From a virus (taxonomy: Duplodnaviria; Caudoviricetes): DNA of 24,022 nt. Positions 1 to 9,136 of this stretch are shown one piece after another (the first letter of the stretch is position 1; every line of letters starts with the position of its first letter). A program made the translations under genes and the position numbers. Location: the IMG/VR virus record IMGVR_UViG_3300006118_000487, positions 1 to 24,022 of that record; one strand, given 5' to 3'. The notes beneath the pieces were generated by a model. It was given only the letters and a program-made list of their open reading frames with translations, had not been told where the DNA came from and searched no databases.

Positions 1-96
1 GTGATGGCTGAATGGTTCTTTGAGTGGAATCTTCCCAACCTGTCCGTTCCTAGCGCCCCGAGCATCACCGCTTGGCGTCCGAGCTGGGTTGGTTGA
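1..96 (+). CDS. terL: Terminase large subunit, C-terminal end (partial, 5' truncated)
   Basis: Frame 1 reads VMAEWFFEWNLPNLSVPSAPSITAWRPSWVG-stop. VMAxWF resembles the D-x-VMA-x-WF end of terminase nuclease domains. Its TGA (94-96) overlaps the portal ATG (96-98), the usual terminase-portal order. Confidence 0.6.
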   Translation: MMAEWFFEWNLPNLSVPSAPSITAWRPSWVG

Positions 97-1994
97 TGCG
101 TTCCGCTGAGGAGATCGTCTCCCTCCACGCCTCCCGAGTTCAGTCTCGTGGTTCGTACCTTGGCCGGATGAAGGAGATCAGCCGGCACTACAACAACGAG
201 GTCACTGTTCCCCTGCCGGAGTTGGATGCCAATGAGAAGCCCGCCGTGGCAAACCTCTTGGCGCAGGGCATTGACCAGTTCTCTCTCCGTGTCGCCTCCG
301 TCATGCCAGACATTGACTTCCCCGCCCTCCGTGGCAACATCGGTTCCTCGGTGGAGTCTGCCCGCAAGCGCCGGCTCGCCTCGCTTGGTTGGTATGACAT
401 GAACGACATGCAGATCAAGATGCGTCGGCGTGCTCGTTACCAGGTTGCCTACGCTTCCTCGCCCGTCTCCATCCACCCCGTCAGCCTCAACCCCAACGAC
501 AAGCGGGAGATCCCGTTCTGGCGAGTTCGCAACCCCCTTTCCACGTTCCCCTCTGACGTTATTGATCCCGACAACATGGAGCCGATGGATTGCATCTTTG
601 AGGATGCCCGTCCCCTCCGGTGGATCAAGCAGAACTACCCGCAGGTTGCTTCTGTCCTTTACACAGGGAAGTCCACTGATGACACGCTGTTCTCAATCCT
701 CGAATACTGTGACGCCGACGAGACCGTACTTGTGGCGGTGGGAGCGCGTCGGGAAGCGAAGAATCAGTACTCGGGTGAGATTCAGGGTGGCGTATCTCAG
801 ATGGTACTGGACCGTGTACCGAACCGAGCGGGCATCTGCCCGGTGGTCATCCCGTCGAGGATCGCGCTAGACACCGTTGCATCCAAGTTTGAGGCAATGA
901 TGGGTATGTTCCATCGTCAGGCCAAGCTTGACGCCCTCAACACCATCGCTGTCATGCGTGGGGTGTTCCCCGACGAGTGGCTTGTCCCCCACCCGAACTC
1001 CCAAGGCTTGCAGCCAAAGATCGTGCAGAACGCCGATGGCAAGTCGGGCGTGCGTGGCATCATTCAGAACGGCACGATCACGCAAATGAACCCCCAGCCG
1101 GGGCAGCACTCCGAGCAGACGCTTGACCGTCTTGAGCGCAGCGCCCGTCTCTCCGCAGGAATCCCTGCCGAGTGGGGTGGTGAGTCCGGCAGCAACATCC
1201 GTACCGCCCGCCGTGGTGAGTCGGTCATGTCCAACGCTGTCGATCCCGACATCCAGGAGACGCAGGAACTTCTTGCCGCCTCGCAGGAGGCCGAGATCCG
1301 TCGAGCCATTGCTATTCAGAAGGCATACTATGGCTCCAAGCCAACATTGTTCCTGCTTGGAATGGATGGCAAGGTTACTGGCCCCCCCGACTACACCCCT
1401 AACGACACTTTTGAGACTGATCTTGTCAAGGTTCGCTACCCCCTCCCCGGCTCGGATGCGAACCAGATGGCTGTTATGATTGGTCAGAAGGTCGGCATCG
1501 GTGTGATGTCCACCGAGACCGCGATGGAGATGGACCCGCTGGTCCGTGATCCTGAGATGGAGATGGCGAGGATTCAGGCTGATGGACTTCGCAAGGCGCT
1601 CCTATCGGGACTTGAGCAACAGGCTGTTGGCGGACAGCTTGATCCGCACACCATTGCCCGCATCATCCAAAAGGTCGGAGACGGTCGCACCACCATCGAG
1701 GATGCTGTTGAGGCTGTCCACAAGGAAATGCAGAAAGAGCAGGCAGACAAGCAGAATGAGCAGCAGCAACCCGCAAGCGGACCAGATGTTTCAGGCATGT
1801 CTCAAGGAATGCCCGGAATGCCAGAGGCTAGCCCGGATGGACAGCCTGGAATGGCGATGCCGGGAAGTGCTGGCGCACCTGCTGGACCGGCTGACCAACA
1901 GGGTCAGGCCACGGTAAACGCTCCGTCGCCCGGTCTTGACCACCTGAGCCAGCTCCTCGGTGCGCTGCACAACACCAGTCAGGCTCCCGCCTAA
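96..1994 (+). CDS. Portal (head-tail connector) protein, about 632 aa
   Basis: Long ORF directly after the terminase. Start moved from TTG72 to ATG96 because of the TGATG overlap. Portal-like size, LERSARLSAGIPAEWGGESGSNIRTARRG segment, and a Q/P/M/G-rich disordered C-terminal tail typical of podovirus portals. Confidence 0.8.
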   Translation: MRSAEEIVSLHASRVQSRGSYLGRMKEISRHYNNEVTVPLPELDANEKPAVANLLAQGIDQFSLRVASVMPDIDFPALRGNIGSSVESARKRRLASLGWYDMNDMQIKMRRRARYQVAYASSPVSIHPVSLNPNDKREIPFWRVRNPLSTFPSDVIDPDNMEPMDCIFEDARPLRWIKQNYPQVASVLYTGKSTDDTLFSILEYCDADETVLVAVGARREAKNQYSGEIQGGVSQMVLDRVPNRAGICPVVIPSRIALDTVASKFEAMMGMFHRQAKLDALNTIAVMRGVFPDEWLVPHPNSQGLQPKIVQNADGKSGVRGIIQNGTITQMNPQPGQHSEQTLDRLERSARLSAGIPAEWGGESGSNIRTARRGESVMSNAVDPDIQETQELLAASQEAEIRRAIAIQKAYYGSKPTLFLLGMDGKVTGPPDYTPNDTFETDLVKVRYPLPGSDANQMAVMIGQKVGIGVMSTETAMEMDPLVRDPEMEMARIQADGLRKALLSGLEQQAVGGQLDPHTIARIIQKVGDGRTTIEDAVEAVHKEMQKEQADKQNEQQQPASGPDVSGMSQGMPGMPEASPDGQPGMAMPGSAGAPAGPADQQGQATVNAPSPGLDHLSQLLGALHNTSQAPA

Positions 1995-2482
1995 TGCCGC
2001 GCAAGGGTAGGGGTGGAGCACGGGAGGGGTCAGCGCAGACCGCCTATTCCAACCGCACCGATCTGAACAAGCGAGGCCCCGAGCCGATCACCACCGCGCC
2101 CGGACAAACGTACGGACAGGCGACAATGCAGCGTGAGGCGCAGCAGGCTGTCCCGATGGCCGGCGTGCAGGTTCCCCCCGCAGCCCCCGCTATGCAGGCA
2201 GCACCCGCTTCCGCAGCACCGGCTATGCAGGGAACGCCCGATGTCCCCGGTCAGCCTGTCTCAATGGCTTCTGCTGCTCCCGAGCCGGGTTCCGTTGACC
2301 TGTTCGCCCCTGCCGAGCACCCGCCTCCGACGAACAACGATTTCTTGTCACCGACCCGTGACCCGCAGGCACCCGGCATGGCAATGCAGCGCATTGCTAG
2401 TGTCCTGCAAGACGCCGCCACCTCACCCTACGCAACTCGTCAGGTTCAGGAGCTTGCTGCCGTTGCAAGGTCGATTGCATGA
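1994..2482 (+). CDS. Hypothetical phage protein (162 aa, basic N-terminus, Pro/Ala/Gln-rich)
   Basis: TAATG coupling with the portal stop. Basic N-terminus MPRKGRGGAREG...YSNRTDL. Codon usage matches the neighbouring genes. Confidence 0.7.
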   Translation: MPRKGRGGAREGSAQTAYSNRTDLNKRGPEPITTAPGQTYGQATMQREAQQAVPMAGVQVPPAAPAMQAAPASAAPAMQGTPDVPGQPVSMASAAPEPGSVDLFAPAEHPPPTNNDFLSPTRDPQAPGMAMQRIASVLQDAATSPYATRQVQELAAVARSIA

Positions 2483-2751
2483 TTGAGAACACCGGAGTTG
2501 TTCACGATCACCTTGCCATCAACATTGACAAGGTACTGAACGCTGCCCCCACGCTCAAGAACTTTCCCGACCTTGTTCTTGCCGTGGCTCAGGGTGGTGG
2601 GGATATTGAGGAGAACGCTCAGGCCCTCGGTGCGCTTCACTTGATCACTGCCGTTGCCAAGGCAGCACACAACCATGTGCAGGACAACCCCGAGGCGTAC
2701 ACGGCACTTATCAAACAAGCAAAGAACTATCACGAGAAGGCGGCTCAGTAA
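2479..2751 (+). CDS. Hypothetical protein (90 aa, helical)
   Basis: ATGA overlap upstream and TAATG overlap downstream; it fills the gap exactly. Confidence 0.7.
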   Translation: MIENTGVVHDHLAINIDKVLNAAPTLKNFPDLVLAVAQGGGDIEENAQALGALHLITAVAKAAHNHVQDNPEAYTALIKQAKNYHEKAAQ

Positions 2752-5700
2752 TGCCGGGTGGTGCAGGCGCTCCCAGCGCAGGAAACCCAAGAGCCGTTAG
2801 CGCAAAGCCAGACACCAATGTTGGCAGCGACATTGGCAACTGGTTTGGTGACGTTGAGCAATGGGCCACCGACGCAGCCCATCGAACTTTGCAGTTCGGC
2901 AAGGCAACGGGTGGTTGGGTAGGACGCAACTTTTCCGAGACGGGACTTGACAACACTTGGCATGACACGCTTGGCGGACTCAACACCACCAAGGACATCA
3001 TCAACGGTATCGGCGGATACCTTGGTATTCCGAACTCCATTACGGGGAATCAGGGACAGCAGCTCACTTGGCAAGACACCTTGCAGGGTTTGGGGATGTA
3101 TGACCGCAACTCTCCAATCACTGATACTTCTCTCAACATCATTGGTTCAAGCCTCAGCACGTTGGGCGAAGATGCCGTAAACGCCACAAAGTCGTTGTTT
3201 TCGGACACCCCTCCTCAGCATCCTTCCGGTCCTGGCTACTGGAAGGATGTCACGACGATGGGTGGCGTCGGGGGCAAGGGTGGTGGAGCAGGCGTCCAAA
3301 AGAATCGTGTGTGGGTTTCTACTGCTGCTCACCCCCAGGATACGAGTCTTTGGCATCAGGCCACCCACGCAGCGTTCTCGGTTGTCAACAACCTCTTTGA
3401 CACTCCGCAGCATATGTACCGTGCTGCTGTTCTTGCTTACCGTAAGCACGGATGGGATGGAGTCGCTGCCATTCTTGCTCCTGCTATTGCGGGTGCCGCC
3501 GCTGGTTCACTCGTTGGCAACCCCGAGCTTGGTGTAGCCACTGGTGAAGCCGGTGTTGCCGCTGGTGCTGCTGGTGAAGCCGCCGCTGGTGCCGCAGGTG
3601 AGGCTGCTGCCGGTGGAGCCGCTGCCGGCGCTGGCGAGGCCGCTGCCGCTGGCACAACTACTGCTGGCACGACTGCTGGTGTCACTGACGCCGCAACCGA
3701 GGAAGCCGCTGCACAGGCCGCAACAAGAACCGCCGAGGCTGCATCCAACCGAGTCGTTCCCACCGTTGCCGAGGAAGCACAGATGGCTGGCGTGCGCCGT
3801 GGAGCGCAGATGCTCATGGACAGTCCTCTTGGCAAGGCGTCCAAGCTCATCGGTTCCCCGATCAAGGCTGTCACCGATGCGTTGACCTCTCCGACGATGG
3901 CAGGGTTTCAGACGCCCGATCAGGCGTTTTACCTTTCCAACAATGAGATTGGCAATATTTGGCACGAAGCCAAGTCGCCAACCAAGGATCTCAGCACCAT
4001 CGGTCGTGGTCTGAGTCAGGAAATCTTTGGCAAGCAGAACACTTGGCTTTCCGGCACTACCGATGCGATTGCCTCTCTTGTTGCCGCTCCATACGAGTTC
4101 GGTCGTGCGCTCAAGTCCTCTGAGAGCATGGGTCGCATCCTCACCGCCGTTGATTCAACTTCCGTGGACACGGCATTTTGGAAGAGTCCTGGCTACCGTC
4201 GAGCACTTGGCGAAGTCGCTTCTATGGCTAACGGGACGATGGGCGAGGAAGTCAAGAACAACATTGCCGGCGCAATCGTTCGTGCCATGCCAACTCTTGA
4301 ACCGATTGCAAAGGACGTTGCTGACGCAGCAAGGGCTGAGGTTGAGAAGGCTGCCAAGGAAGGCAGGAATGTTGACCTCTACCAAATCTCAAAGCGCATT
4401 GGTGAGTTGGCAGACCAGGGGATGATGACCAAGACGAACCTGCTGCCCACAATGGGTATCTATGGTGCGTTCAAGACCGCTGGCAAGTTGTCGGACAACT
4501 ACATTCCTTCTCGGGTGTCGCGCATCCTTGGACAGTCGCCAATGGCGATTGATGACATCAAGCAGATTATGACCACCGGCACGATCCGGCTTGGCGAGCC
4601 GAACGCTGCGTACAAGCTTGGACAGCTTTTGCAGCAGACCGGCATGAAGTCCTCGGACATCACTCGACTGGTCAACGATCTTGTCACCTCTAGGGATCTA
4701 ACCAAGTGGGAGAACCTGACCAAGAACGCCCTCAAGGAAAACTTCTTCAACATCATTGACCAGCGCATGATGAAGGCACTTGGCTTTGATACCGAGGAGT
4801 GGCACAAGGCATTTGGCAGCGGGCTTCTTTCCCCGGAACAGGCAGAGGAAGTTGACAGGGCGCTAGGACAGCGTGGTTTCCAAACCACTTACACCGCCAT
4901 GCGTGATTCCATCCACAAGGCCGTGGACAACATGGTCGGCAACTCTAGCGCCGGTGGTCCTAGTGGTCTGTTTGTTCTTGACGCCGATGGTAAGAATGTC
5001 TCCAACCTTCGAGACGGACGCAGCGCAGCGGTGACTGAGAACCAGCGTGGAGAACTCAACCTTCCCAACTACCACCAGTTTGCACAAGAGCTGGACAAGA
5101 TGTTCTCCAACATGAAGGACATCAACAGTGGTGCAGCAAACTTCCACGACACCATTTCGGGTGCTGCCCTCCGTACCAACCACAGCATTGACTTGTGGGT
5201 GAACGACCGATTCTTCAAGCCCCTCGCCCTCCTCACCCCTGGCTGGGCGCTTCGAGTCTCCCTGTCTGAGCTTGCCCTGAACGTCACTCGCCTTGGCCCC
5301 GGCAACCTTCTTGCGGGTGCAGTCACTCGGTCAATGATCAAGTCTGAGCGCAAGGCGTTTGCCATCGCACAGAAGCAAGCGGCGAACCACATCAAGGATC
5401 TTGAAGCCCGTGTTTCAGAAGTGCGTCAAGAGATCGCACGCCTTGACCAGCAGGAAAAGGGTTTCGTCAAGGACACCCGACGTTTTACTGGTCAGACGAT
5501 GGATCAGCCGACTCGCTCCTCCGATGCCAAGCATGAGGAACTGCAAGCCCTCCTAGACCACATTGAATGGAGCAAGTCTCACGTTGGCACCCCTGAGCCG
5601 ACTATCGGCAGCGGCATGGGCAATGAAGCTGATAGATTTGACATTGGCAAAACATCAGGTTTTACTGCTCCACCTCGTACTACTCCTCAAATGCCACCAG

Positions 5701-8522
5701 ATGAAATCGGAGTCCTTCGGGTCAGTGATTACCTCAAGGACCGCGGCTACAACATTGACCCCGTTGAGGCGCACAACCTCCACATGATCGCCCGTGGCAT
5801 CTACATCGGGATGAAGCAGGCAGTCCTTCACGGCATTGGTAAGGACGAGTTCATCAACGCCGCTTCGTATCTCATGTACCGACACGGCGGCTACTTGCCC
5901 CCGGCAGTTGACTCGGTTCACAAGTCCATGCTCTCCAACGTGGACATGGCTGGCGATTATGTTGGGGTTGACAAGGTTGGTGGTCAGAAGGAGATTGACC
6001 CCGTTACGGGCAAGGAGATTCAGAAGCCCAAGACCTACAAGGTCGGATCTCGCAAGGGTGAGATCAAGACCAAGATGGTCCTCATGTCGCCGCATGACTT
6101 TGCACCATCGCAGTTCGGTGGCAAGGGATACTTTGAGGGATGGCACTACAGCGCCAACACCCTTGCTCAGTCGCAGTACCTCGGTCGCCCGCTGGCCAAT
6201 GCGTACAAGGGTTTCCTTGACGCTGGCATGGAAGGCGAGGAGCTGCACAACGCCGCCATTCTTGCCGCACGCAAGATCATTCAGGAGTGTCCCGCTGACA
6301 TCCGAGAGACGATGGCACGCAGCGTTGGAATCGGCACCGGACACATTGAGACGATGGACCCCATTCAATCGTGGGCCGGACGTTTGGTTGACAAGCTTGA
6401 GGGCATCGCCGCTCCTAGGGAGGCAATCGACCAGACTGCGAAGGAAGTGGAAAGAGGCGTCCAAAGGGAGAGTCACCTCTACAGCCCCCACTACGAACTC
6501 ATCAGGGACATTGCAAAGGGCGATGTTGGGATTCACACCAACGAGTTCTACGAGCGGTACGCCTTCCAAGAGGACGGGCAGCCGATGGAACGTCGGTTCT
6601 TCCCCAACACCGTGATCTCTCGTAGCCCGCAGTTCTATCAGACCCGTGATGTCCTTTCCAAGCTTTCAACCATGGGCCATCAGAAGTTTCTTGGTCCGAT
6701 GGTGAACTACCTTTCCCGCCAGCCAACGTACATCGCTGACTTTGTGCTTGAGCGCAAGAAGTTGGATGAGGCAATCGCCCGTGGAACGATCACGGCAGAT
6801 CAGGCAGATGTCATTGCTGAGACCACGGCTACCCGTCGCATGTCTCGCTTTATCCACAACCCCGAGGACAAGACCAAGTTTGAGGAGATGATGTCCACCG
6901 CTGCGCCGTTCTACTTTGCGCAGAACCAGGCGTGGCGTCGTATGGGTCGCTTGTTTGCAGAGAACCCCGGTGCGTTCATGCAGTACGCAGGTCTGATGAT
7001 GGGCGTACAGCAGTTGGTCTCAGACGCCACCAACCAGAACGGCATGGCTATCAAGACCATCCCTGCGCTTGCCATGTACGGGATGCCGTTCACCGCCTCG
7101 CTGTCCTCGTTGCAGACGATGGACCCGTTCTCAACTACCGAGGACATGGCATCGCCTTCCGGCAAGGGGCAGACCCTTCTTGATTGGATTGAACCCAAGT
7201 TCGGTCCTGTCGTTAGTGTCCCCACAAAGCTACTGTATTGGATGGACCCTGGACTTGAAAAGAGCAAGGCTGGTCAGTTTGCGGAGCGTCAGCTTGCCGG
7301 CCAAATCGGGACCGACGAGACCACCTCGCAGTTCATGTTCCAGTCCGCTATTCCCAACTCCCTTGTTCGCAGCCTCATTGAAATCCCCGTGGGTCAGGCA
7401 ATGGGTGGAGCAGGGATTCGAGGCACCACCGCCAACTTCCTTGACAACGCCTACTTGCAGGCCGAGATGGAGTCGGCTCGATACCTTGTCTCCTCCGAGT
7501 CGGAGAAGTATTGGAACTCGTTGCGAAACGACAAGAACCTCACTCCCTTGCAGCGAGCAGAAGATTTTTACGCATGGCAGGCAAAGCGTTGGAGCAGCAA
7601 CACTGCCGAGGGCGTCCGCACCACGCAGGCACTTCTTGACGAGGCTCGTCGCCGTGCCAGCATCACTTGGCTTGCCAAGATTGGACTTGGGTTTGGTTCC
7701 CCGGTGAGCATCAGCATTGGACAGTCGGATGCTCCAATGATCACCAAGCTCAACAACTACGTCAAAGACCCCAAGTACAAGGGCAACTACATGAAGGCGG
7801 TTGACGCTTTCACAAAGGACAACCCTTGGGCAACCATTGATACAATCTCCAAGTCAAAGTCTGTCTACGGTGGCTACTACCCCGCCACCAAGACAATGTA
7901 TGACTGGCTTTCCACGCACGAGGATCTTGCCCGAGCACACCCCCTTGCAGCAATGGCGCTGGCTCCTGATCTCACCAAGGACACCAAGTATTACCAGCCT
8001 GCCAACACGCTGCTGCTAAACCTCGGTCTGCGTGCTCGACAGTCCCCGCAGGATTTCGTGGACAGTTGGCTTGTCTCTAGTGGCAACGCTTTTTACTACA
8101 ACTGGATCAAGCCAACCTACGACCAGATGCGAGGAGACAGTCGTTATTCCAGCAGCGCAGCCTACAAATGGCGGCAAAGCATGATTGACTGGTACGGCCA
8201 GAACTACAACAACACCTGGCTGTCCAACTACAACTCGTCTCAAGGCACCACCCGCAAGTTGCAGGCGATTGCACAGTTCACTGACATGGCTGCCAAGACC
8301 CCCAACGATCCCGTGACGCAGGGACTCATGGAGCTGAGGAATCAGATCATGGGAACCGACAACCGTAACGGTGTCTACCAGCAGTTGCAGCTTGCCATTC
8401 GATCCGGTCGCACCAACTCCGCTGATGCTCAGTATTGGTGGCAGCAGTGGATGGATGAGTGGATTGCTTATGACCCCCGACTCAAGCAGGGCATCCTCTC
8501 CCTGTTCTACAATCTTGGATAG
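2751..8522 (+). CDS. Very large (1923 aa) putative internal virion / DNA ejection protein
   Basis: Long, apparently helical ORF in the structural module, with a hydrophobic segment VAAILAPAIAGAAAGSLVG, an Ala/Gly/Glu repeat and a coiled coil (IKDLEARVSEVRQEIARLDQQEK). No tail-tube or chaperone genes nearby. Function inferred by analogy with T7 gp16 and P22 ejection proteins. Confidence 0.6.
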   Translation: MPGGAGAPSAGNPRAVSAKPDTNVGSDIGNWFGDVEQWATDAAHRTLQFGKATGGWVGRNFSETGLDNTWHDTLGGLNTTKDIINGIGGYLGIPNSITGNQGQQLTWQDTLQGLGMYDRNSPITDTSLNIIGSSLSTLGEDAVNATKSLFSDTPPQHPSGPGYWKDVTTMGGVGGKGGGAGVQKNRVWVSTAAHPQDTSLWHQATHAAFSVVNNLFDTPQHMYRAAVLAYRKHGWDGVAAILAPAIAGAAAGSLVGNPELGVATGEAGVAAGAAGEAAAGAAGEAAAGGAAAGAGEAAAAGTTTAGTTAGVTDAATEEAAAQAATRTAEAASNRVVPTVAEEAQMAGVRRGAQMLMDSPLGKASKLIGSPIKAVTDALTSPTMAGFQTPDQAFYLSNNEIGNIWHEAKSPTKDLSTIGRGLSQEIFGKQNTWLSGTTDAIASLVAAPYEFGRALKSSESMGRILTAVDSTSVDTAFWKSPGYRRALGEVASMANGTMGEEVKNNIAGAIVRAMPTLEPIAKDVADAARAEVEKAAKEGRNVDLYQISKRIGELADQGMMTKTNLLPTMGIYGAFKTAGKLSDNYIPSRVSRILGQSPMAIDDIKQIMTTGTIRLGEPNAAYKLGQLLQQTGMKSSDITRLVNDLVTSRDLTKWENLTKNALKENFFNIIDQRMMKALGFDTEEWHKAFGSGLLSPEQAEEVDRALGQRGFQTTYTAMRDSIHKAVDNMVGNSSAGGPSGLFVLDADGKNVSNLRDGRSAAVTENQRGELNLPNYHQFAQELDKMFSNMKDINSGAANFHDTISGAALRTNHSIDLWVNDRFFKPLALLTPGWALRVSLSELALNVTRLGPGNLLAGAVTRSMIKSERKAFAIAQKQAANHIKDLEARVSEVRQEIARLDQQEKGFVKDTRRFTGQTMDQPTRSSDAKHEELQALLDHIEWSKSHVGTPEPTIGSGMGNEADRFDIGKTSGFTAPPRTTPQMPPDEIGVLRVSDYLKDRGYNIDPVEAHNLHMIARGIYIGMKQAVLHGIGKDEFINAASYLMYRHGGYLPPAVDSVHKSMLSNVDMAGDYVGVDKVGGQKEIDPVTGKEIQKPKTYKVGSRKGEIKTKMVLMSPHDFAPSQFGGKGYFEGWHYSANTLAQSQYLGRPLANAYKGFLDAGMEGEELHNAAILAARKIIQECPADIRETMARSVGIGTGHIETMDPIQSWAGRLVDKLEGIAAPREAIDQTAKEVERGVQRESHLYSPHYELIRDIAKGDVGIHTNEFYERYAFQEDGQPMERRFFPNTVISRSPQFYQTRDVLSKLSTMGHQKFLGPMVNYLSRQPTYIADFVLERKKLDEAIARGTITADQADVIAETTATRRMSRFIHNPEDKTKFEEMMSTAAPFYFAQNQAWRRMGRLFAENPGAFMQYAGLMMGVQQLVSDATNQNGMAIKTIPALAMYGMPFTASLSSLQTMDPFSTTEDMASPSGKGQTLLDWIEPKFGPVVSVPTKLLYWMDPGLEKSKAGQFAERQLAGQIGTDETTSQFMFQSAIPNSLVRSLIEIPVGQAMGGAGIRGTTANFLDNAYLQAEMESARYLVSSESEKYWNSLRNDKNLTPLQRAEDFYAWQAKRWSSNTAEGVRTTQALLDEARRRASITWLAKIGLGFGSPVSISIGQSDAPMITKLNNYVKDPKYKGNYMKAVDAFTKDNPWATIDTISKSKSVYGGYYPATKTMYDWLSTHEDLARAHPLAAMALAPDLTKDTKYYQPANTLLLNLGLRARQSPQDFVDSWLVSSGNAFYYNWIKPTYDQMRGDSRYSSSAAYKWRQSMIDWYGQNYNNTWLSNYNSSQGTTRKLQAIAQFTDMAAKTPNDPVTQGLMELRNQIMGTDNRNGVYQQLQLAIRSGRTNSADAQYWWQQWMDEWIAYDPRLKQGILSLFYNLG
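3541..3740 (+). repeat. Degenerate coding tandem repeat (GEAAAGAA-like units)
   Basis: Recurrent gctggtgaagccgcc / gcaggtgaggctgct / gctggcgaggccgct units encode GEAGVAAGAAGEAAAGAAGEAAAGGAAAGAGEAAAAG. Confidence 0.75.
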
Positions 8523-8524
8523 GT

Positions 8525-9136
8525 ATGGCTGATACTCCTACACCTCCGGCGCTTCCCGACACCCCTTTTGAGGGGATGGATTCACCCGCCCCGACTGAGG
8601 GCATGGATTCGTCTGCCCCGACTGAGGGTGCTCCCGGCATCCCCGACATCCCAACCGATCCCACCAAGGCACCAACTCACAAAGGCGCTGAGGGTGAGAT
8701 TGAGAAGATTGCCGATGACTATGTGATTCCCCTTTCGGATCAGGCAATCAAGTCGTGGGCCAAGGCTGGTCCCGAGGAGTTCAAGAAGTACGCCGAGCAA
8801 GTTGCTCAGGGCATGTACCCGAACTTTGCTGCACAGATCGCAGCAGGCATCCCGACCCGCATCCTTCTTGACCCGTACATTCAGGTGGCGCAGCAGGTTC
8901 TCGGTCCCGTGATGTCGGAGCCGAACTGGTCTGACCCTAAGTGGGGTGCTGCACTACAGGGCGGTATTGACCCCAAGACCAATCGACCCATCCCCATGAC
9001 GCTTGATGAGTGGAGGAAGCATCTGATGACTCACCCCGGCCACGGCTGGGACAAGTCACCACAGGCGCATGAGCGTGCAGCTCAGTTCAACCAGATCATC
9101 AACCAGGCGTTCAGTTCGCCAGGGGGTCAGCAGTAA
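8525..9136 (+). CDS. Putative internal virion protein (203 aa)
   Basis: Starts 2 nt after the giant ORF stop. Acidic Pro-rich N-terminus, helical C-terminus (MTLDEWRKHLMTHPGHGWDKSPQA). TAATG overlap with the next gene. Confidence 0.6.
   Translation: MADTPTPPALPDTPFEGMDSPAPTEGMDSSAPTEGAPGIPDIPTDPTKAPTHKGAEGEIEKIADDYVIPLSDQAIKSWAKAGPEEFKKYAEQVAQGMYPNFAAQIAAGIPTRILLDPYIQVAQQVLGPVMSEPNWSDPKWGAALQGGIDPKTNRPIPMTLDEWRKHLMTHPGHGWDKSPQAHERAAQFNQIINQAFSSPGGQQ
8570..8628 (+). repeat. 27-nt coding tandem duplication (EGMDS[P/S]APT x2, then EG)
   Basis: gaggggatggattcacccgccccgact (8570-8596) is followed by gagggcatggattcgtctgccccgact (8597-8623) and then gaggg. Confidence 0.9.

Noticed and set aside
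72-95. TTG start of the portal ORF given in the track
   Set aside because: It lies inside the upstream terminase frame; ATG96 in a TGATG overlap is the better start.
2600-2753. Possible -1 frameshift fusing the 90-aa ORF to the 1923-aa ORF
   Set aside because: The alternative frame is open for a stretch, but I see no X XXY YYZ slippery site. The TAATG overlap explains the junction.
5638-5666. TTGACA-17 nt-TTTACT internal promoter-like match in an AT-richer patch
   Set aside because: The -10 lacks the critical A at position 2, the site is mid-gene, and TTGAC is common here because of ATT/CTT/TTT-GAC codon pairs.
5655-6569. 304-aa minus-strand ORF
   Set aside because: Antisense shadow of a codon-biased GC-rich gene; no motif and no RBS context.
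2751-8522. Giant ORF as tape measure protein or N4-like virion RNA polymerase
   Set aside because: No tail-tube or tail-chaperone genes adjacent, no regular tape-measure periodicity, and no recognisable polymerase catalytic motifs. Remote homology cannot be excluded without a profile search.
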